DNA of 64,000 bases from Alphaproteobacteria bacterium (GCA_965243135.1 OZ251539.1:4768001-4832000), one strand, 5' to 3'; counted from the first letter of the stretch, positions 50,414 through 61,651 are shown. The notes: generated from the sequence alone by a model not told the origin. Numbers and translations: made by a program.

Positions 50414-51528
50414 GAGGCTGGCTGCCGCGACATGCGCCGTGAAATTTTTCGCTTTGCGCTTGCGCGGAAGGTTCGCCGGAAATGCCGGCCAACGGCCGCC
50501 TTCGCCGGGGATGCCCGTCCCTGCAGCGAACGCGGCGAAAGAGGAGTGCGACGGTCCTGACCGGCTGCCGTCCAGGGCGCTTCCGACGGCAACGGAACCG
50601 CCTCGCGCTTCCCGCGTCGAAGATTGCCAAGCCGGACGCTGTCGCCGGCCTCCCTGTCCAGCGACGTTATGCGTCCGCCGGGAAAGGAGGCGCTCCCTGT
50701 GGTCGGGCAAGCGCCGCGAAAGGAGCGCGCCTGCGACGGAACCTGCGAGACGCCTTCCGCGAAGGCAACCGACGGGCTGGACTGAGGCTACCGCGCTCCG
50801 CGCCGCCGAGCGTTGGCGAAAATCGCCGAAGTGGCAGTGGTTCGGCAACGCCGCTGTCGCCGCAACGGCGCCAGCGCCGAGCGAGCTCGGCGACATCGTG
50901 AAGGTCCCGCGTCCCGCCGGCGCCGCCCGGCCTCGGAGAACTGCGCATGCCGCGCTCCGGAGCGTGCGGCCGGTTTCGCGTCGGGGCGCGAGGTCGGCGA
51001 TCCCCGCTCTGTCCGTACGGCCGGTTTCGCCGGCTGCCGCGCCGACTCGCCGGGACTCCGGACGAAGCGGTCGAGGCCTGCCGGTCAACGACGAGAAGCC
51101 TCGACGGCGCGCCGTTCAGCCGCAAGACCGGCGCGGACGGCGTTTGCGCTTTCTCCGAGCGGCGGTTTCCGGCAACGCCGAGACGCCGCGCGGCCGCTCC
51201 GCGATTCGTCGCCCGTGCATCCATTGTTCCGCTCCGTCCCGCGAGACGGTCGAGTTCATCCCCCTCCGTCGCGGTCGGGGAGAAGGACCGCGGCGTTCTG
51301 GAGTTCTTTGGGCGGCTTCCGGCGTTCGCGGACGAAACCGCCGACCTGAAGCCGGAGTTTCGTCCCTGGTTCCGCGGAACGGTTTCGCGGCGATTCCCGC
51401 TGAAGTTCTCGAAAGACTTCGAGAAAAATTTTCTCCGCGAAAGCCTGCCGCCTTGGCGGGAATCGCTGCGCCATATCCGGCGATGTTGCCGAACGCGGCC
51501 TGCGGCCTTATCTTTCCCGCTCGCCTGC

Positions 51529-51602
51529 TGGGGCGTAGCCAAGCGGTAAGGCAACGGGTTTTGATCCCGTGATCCCAGGTTCGAATCCTGGCGCCCCAGC
51601 CA
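51529..51602 (+). tRNA. tRNA-Gln (TTG)
   Basis: TGGGGCGTAGCCAAGCGGTAAGGC...ACGGG-TT-TTG-AT-CCCGT...GGTTCGAATCC...GCCCCAGCCA cloverleaf with encoded CCA. Confidence 0.97.
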
Positions 51603-51621
51603 CCTGCTCGCGAAGCGGAAG

Positions 51622-51897
51622 ATGCCCGAAACCGTCCTCGACGCGACCGGCCTCAGATGCCCGCTCCCGGTCCTGCGCGCGCGCAAGACGCTGCGCGGCG
51701 TGGCCCCCGGCGGCGCGCTCGAGATCCGCGCCACCGACCCGTCCGCGCCGGCGGATTTCGAGGCGTTCTGCCGCGAAGCCGGGCATACGCTGCTCGGAAT
51801 CGAGAAGACCGGCGAAGTCTACGCCATCCGGTTGAGAAAACGCGCTACATCCGGCGGTCGCGCGAGAACAGCGCCAACCCCGCCGCCAGCAGGGTGA
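51622..51897 (+). CDS. tusA: TusA/SirA family sulfurtransferase
   Basis: LDATGLRCPLPVLRARK...ATDP...DF..FC. Confidence 0.88.
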   Translation: MPETVLDATGLRCPLPVLRARKTLRGVAPGGALEIRATDPSAPADFEAFCREAGHTLLGIEKTGEVYAIRLRKRATSGGRARTAPTPPPAG

Positions 51898-53020
51898 AGG
51901 CGCCCGACAGGTAGAGGACGGAGGAGAACCGGCCGCCGTCCAGCAAAATCCCGTAGAGCAGCGGCGACAGCCCTTGGCCGATGCTGAAGCCGGTGCTGAC
52001 GACCGCGAACGCCGTTCCCAGCGCTCCGGGCGGTGCCGCTTCCCGAACCATTATGTCGCGGGCCGGGTTCACCACCCCGCGGACCAGTCCGCTCGCCGCG
52101 AAAACGACGGCGATCAGCATCGCCGGAAGCGCCGCGGTTCCGACGGCGAACATGAGAACCGAGTAGGCCAGGAACGCGACCAGAAGCACGAGGTCGTGCC
52201 TCTTCGTGCGGTCGGCCAGCGGCCCGCCGAGCAGCGTGCCGGCCGCGGTGCCGATCAGCAGGATGGACAGCGCGAAGTTCGAAGCCTCCACGGAAACGCC
52301 GTAAAGCGCCGGCAGGAAGACCGCCGCGAACGCCGTTACGCCGATGCTGGAAGCCGCGGTGAACGCGAAAAACAGGAAAAGGAGGAACACTTCGCGGTTG
52401 GCGACGCCGCGCCAAGGCGTTCGTTCCCGCGATTTCGTCTTCGCGTCCTCCTTCAGCGTTTCGCCGGAGAACACGAAGGCGAACGACAGGAGGACTCCCG
52501 CGATCCCGGCGATCGTCAGCGCGGCGCGCCAGTCGGACCAGGCCGCGAGCGCAGCCATCGTGGCCGGAGCGGCCGCGAAGCCGATCGTGCCCCCGAAAGC
52601 GTGAATCGAATAGGCCTTGCCCTGACGGCCGCTGTCCACCGAAGCCGTGAGAATCACGTAGTCCGCCGGATGGAAGACGCTGTTGCCCGCTCCCGCCACG
52701 AGAAACAATGCCAGCAACTGCCAGTACGACGTCGTGAAGCCGGCGAGCGCTATCGCGGCGGCGTTCAAAAACAGGCCGCCGATCAGGACGCGCCGGGCGC
52801 CGACGCGATCGACCAGAACCCCCATCGGCGTCTGCAAAACGGCGGTGGCCACGTTGTAGGCCGTCAGGACGACGCCGAGTTCGACGAACGTGACCCCAAG
52901 GTCGTCCCGCACGCGGAGAAACAACGGCGGCAGGCACAACATGTAGAAATGACTGAGGAAATGCGCGAAGCCGATCAGGCCGATGGCGCGGGTTTCGCGA
53001 GAAATGACCGCCGCTGTCAT
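51845..53020 (-). CDS. MFS transporter (Fsr-like)
   Basis: HFLSHFY, GVLVDRVGAR motif A, GNSVFHP, about 12 TM helices; start at MTAAVIS. Confidence 0.9.
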   Translation of the reverse strand: MTAAVISRETRAIGLIGFAHFLSHFYMLCLPPLFLRVRDDLGVTFVELGVVLTAYNVATAVLQTPMGVLVDRVGARRVLIGGLFLNAAAIALAGFTTSYWQLLALFLVAGAGNSVFHPADYVILTASVDSGRQGKAYSIHAFGGTIGFAAAPATMAALAAWSDWRAALTIAGIAGVLLSFAFVFSGETLKEDAKTKSRERTPWRGVANREVFLLFLFFAFTAASSIGVTAFAAVFLPALYGVSVEASNFALSILLIGTAAGTLLGGPLADRTKRHDLVLLVAFLAYSVLMFAVGTAALPAMLIAVVFAASGLVRGVVNPARDIMVREAAPPGALGTAFAVVSTGFSIGQGLSPLLYGILLDGGRFSSVLYLSGAFTLLAAGLALFSRDRRM

Positions 53021-53874
53021 TCGGACGCCGCCGCCGGAGCTTCGCGGGCGAAAGCGCGACGGGCTGTCCTTCGGGACGATCCGCCAGGCAACGGCGTCAG
53101 GGCCGCGAAAACCGGACGGTCGCCGCGCCGCGCAACGCCCTGAGTTGCGGCCGTTCGAACGCGCCCGGAACGCGGGCGTCGAACGCGTTCTCGGCGGATG
53201 CCGTTCGGCGACCGCGCTTCCCGGCCCTCCCGTCTTGCCGGAAGCTCGTTCGACCTCACGGACTCCCCGGCGGTTCGGCAGGAGGCCGCGCGGTCTCGCT
53301 CCCGGTGGCGCTCCATGCTTTTCATCGATCCGTCCTGGTTCTGCCCGGCGGCCTTCGCCGACCAATGACCATCTTCGCCCTGCCGCGGCCCCTGACAACG
53401 CGCCCGCCGACGCTTCCGGTCCGGCGCCGGGCGCGCGTGAGGCCGCTGCGGCTTCGCTGCCGGATTCCGCCCGCCGCGGGTTCGACGGATATTTCGTCGA
53501 CGCTTCGCCGCCGGCGCGAAACTGCTGTATGTTGCGGCTTCTGGCAAATCGCTCGCCGCCGTCGCCTCGTGGCCGCAAGGCGGCCGGCGAAACGGACGGG
53601 ACGGTTCCCGCTCCAGGCGCGGATCGCCGTGTCGGCGACGGCGAACTCCAGGGGACCCGGCCGGCTCGCCTCGGCGCGTGTTCCGGTCGCCGCGCGAAAG
53701 GCGCAGGGTAGCCCGCGCGGACCGTCCGGCCTGCCCGCCGGAGTTCGCCGGGCGCGAACCTGCCGGCGGCGGAACGCGACGGCCGCGCCGACGGAATCTC
53801 CGGGCGTCGCGCCGGAACGAAAACGAAGGGAGCGCCGCGATGGAAGCCGATGCCAAGATGACGCCCCGGTCGCC

Positions 53875-55476
53875 ATGACCGCGAGCTTTCGCGGCTTGAT
53901 CGACGAGTTGCGCCGGGCCGGCGAACTTGTCGAGATCCGGAAGCCCGTGGACATCCGCCACATCGCCGCGCTGGTCGACCAGTCGGACAAGGCCCTGATG
54001 TTCGCCAGCGTGAACGGCTACGACACTCCGGTCGTCTCGGGCGTGACCAACAGCCGCAAGCGGCTGGCGATCGCCGCCGGATGCGATTTCTCGGAGATCG
54101 AGGCGCGGCTGCGCGACGGGCTCGACCGGCCGATCGAGCCCGAATACGTCAACGCCGGACCGGCGAGGGAAATCTGTCTCGAAGACGGCGAGGTCGACCT
54201 TCACGCCCTCCCGATTCCGTTGTTCTCGGTTCTGGACGGCGGTCCCATGATCACGGCCGGCGTGACGCTGTCGCGCGACCCCGACGACCCCGACGCGCCG
54301 CTGAACGCCGGCGTGTACAGATTCCTGGTCAAGGAAAGGAATCTGACCGGAATCGACATCGTCACGCCCAACAACCTGCACCGATACGCCGCCAAGGCGT
54401 ACGCCAAGGGGGAACCGCTGCCGATCTCGATCAACGTCGGCACGCATCCGTTCGAACTCATTTGCGCGACCTACAAGGCGCGGGACGGCGTCAGCGAACT
54501 CGGCATCGCGGGCGGCATGCGCGGCGAGGGAGTCAGGCTGACCCGCTGCCGGACGATCGACCTGCCCTGCATCGCCGACGCCGAAATCGTCCTCGAGGCG
54601 GAAATCCTTCCGACCGGATGGACGCGGCCGGAGGGCCGGTTCGGCGAGTTCACCCGCCTGATGGGCGGTCTCCACTGGAATCCCCTGGTCCGCGTCAAGG
54701 CGATATCCATGCGCCGGAATCCGATCTACTACGCGCTCCACATGCCGTGGGAGAACATCTGGCCCTCGGGACCGATCTACGAGGCGGCGGTGCGGCGCGT
54801 CTTGGCGGAAGCCGGAGTCACGGTCGCCGCGGTCAACATCACTCCGGGCGGCTGCTGCCACTGGCACGCCGTGATCGCGATCAGGCCGCTGCCCGGCGAC
54901 GGCAAGAACGCGATCGCCGCCGCGCTTTCGGTCGCGGACATGAAGCACGTCACCGTGGTGGACGACGACATCGACGTCTTCGATCCGGTGGACGTCGAGT
55001 GGGCGGTGGCGACCCGGGTGCAGGCCGACCGCGACGTCCTGATCGTGTCGGGCGCCCGCTCCAAGCCTCTCGATCCCAGCCTGCCTCCGCCCGGTCCCTA
55101 TTCGCGCGTCCCGACGACCGCGAAGATGGGGATCGACGCGACGATCCCCGACAACGTTCCGCGCGAACGATTTCACCGCATCGCCTACGCCTATGCGGGA
55201 GAGGTCAGGCTCGAGGACTTCACCGGAACGGACGATGGCGCCGCCCCGGAAATCCGCGAGAACGACCCGATCGCCCTCGCCGCCGACATCGAGAAGTCGA
55301 TCGCCGCGGAACCGCGTTATTTCGCGGAATTGTGCGAGCGCTTTTCCGCCTTCGGCTACCAGGCCGTCGCCCGCGCTCTCGGACATCTGCACGAAACGGG
55401 CGCGCTCTGGCAGGATCGTGAAGGCCGCCTCTGCCTCAAGGATTCCGAGTTCGCGGCCGTTCCTCCGGACCGTTGA
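53875..55476 (+). CDS. UbiD-family (prFMN-dependent) decarboxylase with C-terminal extension
   Basis: DGGPMIT, NAGVYR, AEIVLE, EGRFGEF, VVDDDIDVFDP..VEWAVATR, KMGIDAT. Confidence 0.92.
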   Translation: MTASFRGLIDELRRAGELVEIRKPVDIRHIAALVDQSDKALMFASVNGYDTPVVSGVTNSRKRLAIAAGCDFSEIEARLRDGLDRPIEPEYVNAGPAREICLEDGEVDLHALPIPLFSVLDGGPMITAGVTLSRDPDDPDAPLNAGVYRFLVKERNLTGIDIVTPNNLHRYAAKAYAKGEPLPISINVGTHPFELICATYKARDGVSELGIAGGMRGEGVRLTRCRTIDLPCIADAEIVLEAEILPTGWTRPEGRFGEFTRLMGGLHWNPLVRVKAISMRRNPIYYALHMPWENIWPSGPIYEAAVRRVLAEAGVTVAAVNITPGGCCHWHAVIAIRPLPGDGKNAIAAALSVADMKHVTVVDDDIDVFDPVDVEWAVATRVQADRDVLIVSGARSKPLDPSLPPPGPYSRVPTTAKMGIDATIPDNVPRERFHRIAYAYAGEVRLEDFTGTDDGAAPEIRENDPIALAADIEKSIAAEPRYFAELCERFSAFGYQAVARALGHLHETGALWQDREGRLCLKDSEFAAVPPDR

Positions 55477-55639
55477 CGGACTCCGGATCGCGGCGGACGC
55501 GCCGGCGTTGACGCGGCCGGCCGCGGCGTGCATGATTGGGCGAGTCGCGTTTCCGGCGGGTTCGGCGACGCGGCCGATGCGGCGCAAGGCACCGTAGAGT
55601 TTGCGCTCGCCGCGAAGACAGCAAGGGAGATAATTCGTC

Positions 55640-56617
55640 ATGAAGAAGTTCGTCTACACCCTTTCCGTCGGCCTTCTGGCGATCGGCGGAAGCGTTGCCG
55701 TCGACAGCGCGGCGACGGCTCAGCAGCAGTTCATCTCGATCGGCACCGGCGGCGTCACGGGCGTCTACTATCCGACCGGCGGCGCGATCTGCCGCCTGGT
55801 GAATCGCGGACGCAAGGAGCACGGCATTCGGTGCTCCGTCGAATCGACCGGCGGCTCGGTTTACAACATCAACACGATCCGCGACGGCGAACTCGACTTC
55901 GGCGTCGCCCAGTCGGACTGGCAGTATCACGCCTATAACGGCACCTCGAAGTTCAAGGACAAGGGGCCGTTCAAGGCGCTGCGCGCCGTGTTTTCCGTCC
56001 ATCCCGAACCGTTCACGGTGGTCGCCAGGGCCGATTCCGGCATCAAGAACTTCGACGACCTCAAGGGCAAGCGCGTCAATATCGGCAATCCTGGCTCGGG
56101 CCAGCGGGGCACCATGGAAGTCGTGATGGAAGCGATGGGCTGGAAAATGGGCGCGTTCAAGCTCGCGTCCGAGCTCAAGTCGGCGGAGCAGAGCCAGGCG
56201 CTTTGCGACAACAAGATCGACGCCATGGTCTTCACGGTCGGCCATCCTTCGGGATCGATCAAGGAGGCCACGACCTCCTGCAAATCGGTTCTGGTCAACG
56301 TCATGGGTCCGGCGATCGACAAGCTGGTCAAGGAAAACGACTATTACCGGTCGGCCACGATCCCCGGCGGCATGTACTCGGGCTCGCCCAAAGACGTGAC
56401 GACGTTCGGCGTCGGCGCCACCTTCGTCTCTTCGACCAGAGTGCCGGACAAGGTCGCCTACGTGGTCGTCAAGGCGGTCTTCGAAAACTTCGACCGCTTC
56501 AAGAAGCTGCACCCGGCCTTCAGGAATCTGAAGGAAAAGGAAATGATCAGCGACGGCCTCTCGGCTCCGCTGCATCCGGGCGCCGCGAAGTACTACAAGG
56601 AGAAGGGCTGGATGTAA
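55640..56617 (+). CDS. TAXI family TRAP transporter solute-binding protein
   Basis: [36 protein letters not shown]. Confidence 0.95.
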   Translation: MKKFVYTLSVGLLAIGGSVAVDSAATAQQQFISIGTGGVTGVYYPTGGAICRLVNRGRKEHGIRCSVESTGGSVYNINTIRDGELDFGVAQSDWQYHAYNGTSKFKDKGPFKALRAVFSVHPEPFTVVARADSGIKNFDDLKGKRVNIGNPGSGQRGTMEVVMEAMGWKMGAFKLASELKSAEQSQALCDNKIDAMVFTVGHPSGSIKEATTSCKSVLVNVMGPAIDKLVKENDYYRSATIPGGMYSGSPKDVTTFGVGATFVSSTRVPDKVAYVVVKAVFENFDRFKKLHPAFRNLKEKEMISDGLSAPLHPGAAKYYKEKGWM

Positions 56618-56625
56618 TCAGCCTG

Positions 56626-56647
56626 GGGGAGGCGTCCGCGCCTCCCC
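56626..56647 (+). terminator. Intergenic stem-loop after the TAXI SBP gene (mRNA stabiliser or weak terminator)
   Basis: GGGGAGGCG-TCCG-CGCCTCCCC perfect 9-bp stem; no U tract. Confidence 0.4.
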
Positions 56648-56693
56648 TCGCCCGGCCGGCGTCCCGGGCCGGCGTTCAAGGCAGGGATGACGC

Positions 56694-59252
56694 ATGAACC
56701 AGACCGAACGGGCAGCCGCGGACGATATCGTCGCTTCGGTCGACACCGGCGCCCGCAAGCCGCGCGGGAGTGTCGGTCGCCTTCTCGCGGGCACCGCGAT
56801 CGCATGGTCGGTGTTCCAGTTGTGGATCTCGTCTCCGTTGCCGTTCATGGTCGCGAACGTGATTCCGGTGCTGAACAGCTCGGAAACCCGCTCGATCCAT
56901 CTGGCCTTCTCCGTCTTCCTCGCCTTCATGGCGTTTCCGGCGCTGAAGCGCTCGCCGCGCGACCGCGTGCCGTTGCTCGACTGGATATTCGCGGTCGCCG
57001 GCTCGTTTTCGGCCGCGTATCTCTTCCTGTTCTACGAATCCCTCTCCGACAGGCCCGGCGCTCCGATCGAAGCGGATCTGTGGATCGCCGGCATCGGACT
57101 CGTCACTCTGCTCGAAGCCACGCGCCGCGCCCTGGGTCCGCCCCTGACGGTCGTGGCCGCGGTCTTCCTCGCCTACGTCTTCTTCGGCGACAGTTCGATA
57201 TTCCCCGACGCGCTGCGCTGGAAAGGCGCCAGCTTCGCCAAGGCCATGAGCCACCAGTGGCTCAGCACGGAGGGCGTCTTCGGCGTGGCGCTGGGCGTCT
57301 CGACGAGCTTCGTCTTCCTGTTCGTCCTCTTCGGGGCGCTCCTCGAAAGGGCCGGCGCGGGCGGCTACTTCATCCGCGTCGCGTTTTCGCTGCTGGGGCA
57401 CCTGCGCGGCGGGCCCGCCAAGGCCGCCGTCGTGTCTTCGGGCATGACCGGCCTCATCTCCGGTTCGTCGATCGCGAACGTCGTAACGACGGGCACGTTC
57501 ACGATCCCGCTCATGAAGCGGGTGGGCTTCCCGCCCGAGAAGGCCGGCGCGGTGGAAGTGGCGTCGTCCACCAACGGTCAGCTCACTCCGCCGATCATGG
57601 GCGCCGCCGCGTTCCTGATGATCGAATATGTCGGCGTTTCCTACATCGAGGTCATCAAGCACGCGTTCCTTCCGGCGTTGATCTCTTACATCGCGCTCGT
57701 TTACATCGTGCATCTCGAAGCGATGAAGGCCGACATGAAGGGCCTGCCGCGTCGCCGGCCCTCGAGCCTCGTTCGCTCGCTCATCACCTTCCTCAGCATA
57801 GTCATCGGCCTGGCCGTCCTCGGAACCGCGGTCTATTACGGGCTGGGCTGGATCAAGACCGCGACCGGCGAGGCGTCGCCCTACGTCGCGTCCGCCCTTC
57901 TCGTCGCCGCCTACGTCCTCCTCGTCCGCTACGCGGCGAAATTTCCCGAACCCGAAAACCCGTTCGGCGACATGACCGAACTTCCCGAACCGGGTCCCAC
58001 GGTCAAGTCCGGCCTGCATTACATCCTTCCCGTGGTGGTGCTCGTCTGGTGCCTCGGCGTCGAGAAGTTTTCTCCCGGGCTGTCGGCGTTCTGGGCGACC
58101 GTCTTTCTCGTCGTCATCGTCGTGACCCAACGCCCGCTGCTCGCCCTGTTCCGGAACGAAGGCGCCGCCGGCCGCGCCTGGCGCGCCGGCTGGCGCGACC
58201 TTGTCGACAGCCTCGAAACCGGCGCGCGCAACATGATCGGCATCGGGGTGGCGACCGCGACGGCGGGCGTCGTCGTCGGGACGGTGTCGCTGACCGGCGT
58301 GCAATGGGTGCTGGCCGATTTCGTCGAGTACATTTCCGGGGGAAGCCTGATCCTCGTGCTCCTGTTCACGGCGGTGATCTGCCTCATTCTCGGCATGGGA
58401 CTGCCGACGACCGCCAACTACATCGTCGTCGCCAGCATGATGGTCCCGGTGATCCAGACCCTCGCCCCGCAGTCGGGCCTCGTGATACCGCTGATCGCGA
58501 TGCACATGTTCGTGTTCTACTTCGGCATTCTCGCCGACGACACGCCGCCGGTGGGTCTCGCCGCCTACGCGGCTTCCGCGATCTCGGCCGGCGATCCGAT
58601 CAAAACCGGCCTGCAGGGCTTCGCCTACGACATACGCACCGCGATCCTGCCGTTCATGTTCGTCTTCAACACGGATCTGCTTCTGATCGACATCGGATGG
58701 GGCCAGGCGGTCTTCGTCTTCGCCGTCTCGACCCTCGCGATGCTCACCTTCGCGGCCGCGACGCAGGGGTACTTTCTGGCGAGAAACAGGATCTGGGAAA
58801 CGGCCGTCCTGCTGTTGGTCACCTTCACCCTGTTCCGCCCCGGTTTCTGGCTCGACCTCGCGGATCCGCCCTTCGCGGAGGGCGATCCCGTCCGGGTCGT
58901 GGAAATCGCCGGAAAGGCGGCGCCGGGCGCGGACATCCGGCTGCGAGTGAGCGGCGAGACCGTCGACGGCAAGACCGTGTCGACGACCGCCGTTCTGCCG
59001 CTCGGGAAAGCCGGCGACGGGGCCGAACGGCTGGCGAGCGCCGGATTGGAAGTGCGCGTGGAAGGCGGCAAGGCGCTGATCGAAAACGTCGAGGCCGGCA
59101 GTCCCGCGGAAGGGGCCAGACTGGACTTCGACTGGGAAATCTCGTCGGTGGAGATGCCGAAGGAAAGGATCGCCAAGGAGGCGTTCATGGTTCCGGCGCT
59201 GCTTGCGCTGGCCGGCGTCTGGTGGCTGCAGCGGCGGCGCAGGGGGGCGTAG
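56694..59252 (+). CDS. TRAP transporter 4TM/12TM fusion permease
   Basis: GGPAKAAVVSS, ANVVTTGTFTIP, PPIMGAAAF, GMGLPTTANY, DDTPPVGLA. Confidence 0.95.
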   Translation: MNQTERAAADDIVASVDTGARKPRGSVGRLLAGTAIAWSVFQLWISSPLPFMVANVIPVLNSSETRSIHLAFSVFLAFMAFPALKRSPRDRVPLLDWIFAVAGSFSAAYLFLFYESLSDRPGAPIEADLWIAGIGLVTLLEATRRALGPPLTVVAAVFLAYVFFGDSSIFPDALRWKGASFAKAMSHQWLSTEGVFGVALGVSTSFVFLFVLFGALLERAGAGGYFIRVAFSLLGHLRGGPAKAAVVSSGMTGLISGSSIANVVTTGTFTIPLMKRVGFPPEKAGAVEVASSTNGQLTPPIMGAAAFLMIEYVGVSYIEVIKHAFLPALISYIALVYIVHLEAMKADMKGLPRRRPSSLVRSLITFLSIVIGLAVLGTAVYYGLGWIKTATGEASPYVASALLVAAYVLLVRYAAKFPEPENPFGDMTELPEPGPTVKSGLHYILPVVVLVWCLGVEKFSPGLSAFWATVFLVVIVVTQRPLLALFRNEGAAGRAWRAGWRDLVDSLETGARNMIGIGVATATAGVVVGTVSLTGVQWVLADFVEYISGGSLILVLLFTAVICLILGMGLPTTANYIVVASMMVPVIQTLAPQSGLVIPLIAMHMFVFYFGILADDTPPVGLAAYAASAISAGDPIKTGLQGFAYDIRTAILPFMFVFNTDLLLIDIGWGQAVFVFAVSTLAMLTFAAATQGYFLARNRIWETAVLLLVTFTLFRPGFWLDLADPPFAEGDPVRVVEIAGKAAPGADIRLRVSGETVDGKTVSTTAVLPLGKAGDGAERLASAGLEVRVEGGKALIENVEAGSPAEGARLDFDWEISSVEMPKERIAKEAFMVPALLALAGVWWLQRRRRGA

Positions 59253-59678
59253 ATGTACAAGAACATCCTGTTGCCGATCGATCTCGGCAACGAGAGTTCG
59301 TGGATCAAGGCGCTGCCGACCGCCGTCGAATACTGCGCGGCGTTCGAAGCCGACCTCCACGTGCTGACGGTGGTGCCCGAATTCGGGCTTCCGATGGTCT
59401 CGCAGTATTTCCCCGAGGACCATGAGGAAAGGATGCGGGAAAACGCGCGGAACCTCTTGCGGAGGATCGTCGCCGACCGGGTGCCGGAGTCGGTGAACGT
59501 GCGCCACGTCGTCGGAGAAGGCACGATCTACAAGACGATCATCGAGACCGCCGAGCGGATCGGCGCGGATCTCATCGTCATGGGCGCCAATCGGCCGGAA
59601 CTGCAGGACTATCTGCTCGGCCCCAACGCCGCCCGCGTCGTGCGTCACTCGCTCCGTTCGGTTCTTGTCGTGCGGTAA
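59253..59678 (+). CDS. Universal stress protein
   Basis: YKNILLPIDL, ADLIVMG, LLGPNAARVVRH..SVLVVR. Confidence 0.94.
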   Translation: MYKNILLPIDLGNESSWIKALPTAVEYCAAFEADLHVLTVVPEFGLPMVSQYFPEDHEERMRENARNLLRRIVADRVPESVNVRHVVGEGTIYKTIIETAERIGADLIVMGANRPELQDYLLGPNAARVVRHSLRSVLVVR

Positions 59679-60044
59679 CGCCGGCTGTCCTCCGGCCGGA
59701 CGCCGCGTCCGTTACGGTCCCGCCGCCGAAAGCCGGCGGCGATCTCCGGCATGTCCGGCGAAGGGCGCCCTCCCTGCGTCGATCTGCGCGAACTCGGTCT
59801 TTCGCGGTCCCCTCCGGCCGCCGACATCGATTCCGCGCGCGACAATTCGTCGCCAACCTGCCGCGCCGCTCGGCGGCTTTCTTCGCTTGCGGTCGCGGGC
59901 CGGACGCGCAGCTGCGAAGAGGCGGGACCGACGCGAATCGCCGGAAGAGGCCCGCTTCGGCCGAACCGGTCCGCGAGAACCTGGCGCGCCGGGCGCGGGG
60001 TTTTTCTGCGTTCCCCGGAAGATCGCGCGTCCCGGCGCGCGTCC

Positions 60045-60866
60045 CTACTGGCTGGCGAGGTTGCGGACAAGATTGTAGGTGAACCAGCCGTCTCCCGTCA
60101 CGAAGGACTGCGGACGGGCGGTCTGCGCGTCGCGCTGGACTCCGATCCCGTCGCTGTAGGGTTCGAAGGCAACGATCTTGTCGTACCGGATTCTGAATCG
60201 CTTCGAAGGCCCGGCGAAATACAGGTGCTTGTCGGTCAGTCCCAGGAGCCCGGTGTCGGCATGAACCGTCTCCGCGGTCTGCACGCGCTCGCCCTTGAAA
60301 CCGCCGACGCGGTAGTAGACTCCCCGGGCGACCCTGACGCTGACCCCTCGCGAGCCGCCTTCGTAGCTGGTGCGGACCCTCTCCTCGAAATAATCCACGT
60401 CATCGAACACGTAGACGAGCCTCTCGGTCTTCTGAAGGTTGAAGGGATGGTGTCCCCTCAGCTCGGGAAACTCTCCTTCCAGAACCGTCCGCAGGATCGC
60501 GCCCCTTTCCACGCGGTCCTGCGCGCCGTTGCGGTTGAGTTCGCCCGGCGACAGGGAAAATTTCCGGGCCAGCCCGGTCAGCGCCGTCTCCTCGCTTCGC
60601 GACAGCACGCCGTCTTCGAAGGCGCGCTCCACGGCGAGTTCCCAACCCGATACCAACGCTTCTCGAAGCGCGCCCCCGTCCATGCCGCCCTTGCGGGCGA
60701 TCTCCCGTATCTCGGATTCCGCCGCGGCGGATTCGTCCGCGCCCGAAGCGGCGTCCCTGACGAGGGCGCGGATCCGCCGATCGGCCTCGTCATGGCGATC
60801 GCGGCATTCGCGGTGAGACGACCTCATAAAGCCGGCCTGTTCGCCGCAATATTTGCATTTGCCCAT
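60045..60866 (-). CDS. Hypothetical protein with N-terminal zinc-finger-like motif and C-terminal PH-like beta domain
   Basis: MGKCKYCG...H.EC; C-terminal GVSVRVARGVYYRVG...DTG.L.LTDKHLYF.G; GGAG RBS. Confidence 0.72.
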   Translation of the reverse strand: MGKCKYCGEQAGFMRSSHRECRDRHDEADRRIRALVRDAASGADESAAAESEIREIARKGGMDGGALREALVSGWELAVERAFEDGVLSRSEETALTGLARKFSLSPGELNRNGAQDRVERGAILRTVLEGEFPELRGHHPFNLQKTERLVYVFDDVDYFEERVRTSYEGGSRGVSVRVARGVYYRVGGFKGERVQTAETVHADTGLLGLTDKHLYFAGPSKRFRIRYDKIVAFEPYSDGIGVQRDAQTARPQSFVTGDGWFTYNLVRNLASQ

Positions 60867-61651
60867 ATTGTCTCCACTCGAAGAATTGGCGACGGGCAGC
60901 CATCTGGACCGCCGCTCGTCCGTTTCCACGCTCGCCGGAAGATATAGCTCCGGCGGCGGCGGTACAACGAAGACGGCGGCGTTCGGCGGAGCGATCCTTC
61001 GAAGGCATGATGCCGTTCGCGCGTTGCCTGAAAATGTCGACCTGCCGGACCCGCTGCCCTTCACGCGACCAGAGTCGAATCATCGTTGAAACGCGCCGAC
61101 TATCTCCTGTCGGGGCAACTCGCTTGAGACAACGCGAGTCGGAATCTCCGAGGATGCCGGTTTCGTCCATGGACGCCGGCTGCGTGTCCCCCCGAGCCGA
61201 CTATCCTCATGTCAGACGGATGCTCCGGGTTGCCCGCGGACGGGAGAGAACGACGCGAAACCTGCCGAGTACGCCATCGCCCGCTTGGCCGAGGCGGACG
61301 CCAAGCTCGCTCTCAACCGTGGACGTCGGAGCGTCGAGAGCAGGAGCCATCGCGCCCGCAACGTAAACTTCCGGGAAGACGATTCGCAGTTCGGCTTCTG
61401 CCCCGCAAACAACCGACGTCGCCTTGCATTTTAACGGTGTCGCGCAAACTGCGCGCTCGCTCGAACGTCGCGAAGGACTGGAGGTCCTGCCTCGACGCTT
61501 CGCCGACGCGGGACGAGAATCGAAATCTCTTCCTCTGCGCCATGCTCTCCCGAGTCGGCGCCAAAACCGCTCCGAACCCGGCCAGGCTCGCAGCCGGCAC
61601 GCTCCGGACGTGGCCCGCCGTCGGGCTCCAACAAGCGTTGCACGACAAATT

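Noticed and set aside
50414-51528. ORFs of 350-400 aa in the GC-rich stretch before the tRNA (also 53020-53870 and 7024-7473)
   Set aside because: Low-complexity translations without motifs or RBS; treated as non-coding or decayed DNA.
51529-51602. tRNA-Gln as the attachment site of an integrative element
   Set aside because: No duplicated tRNA 3' end and no integrase; tusA follows directly.
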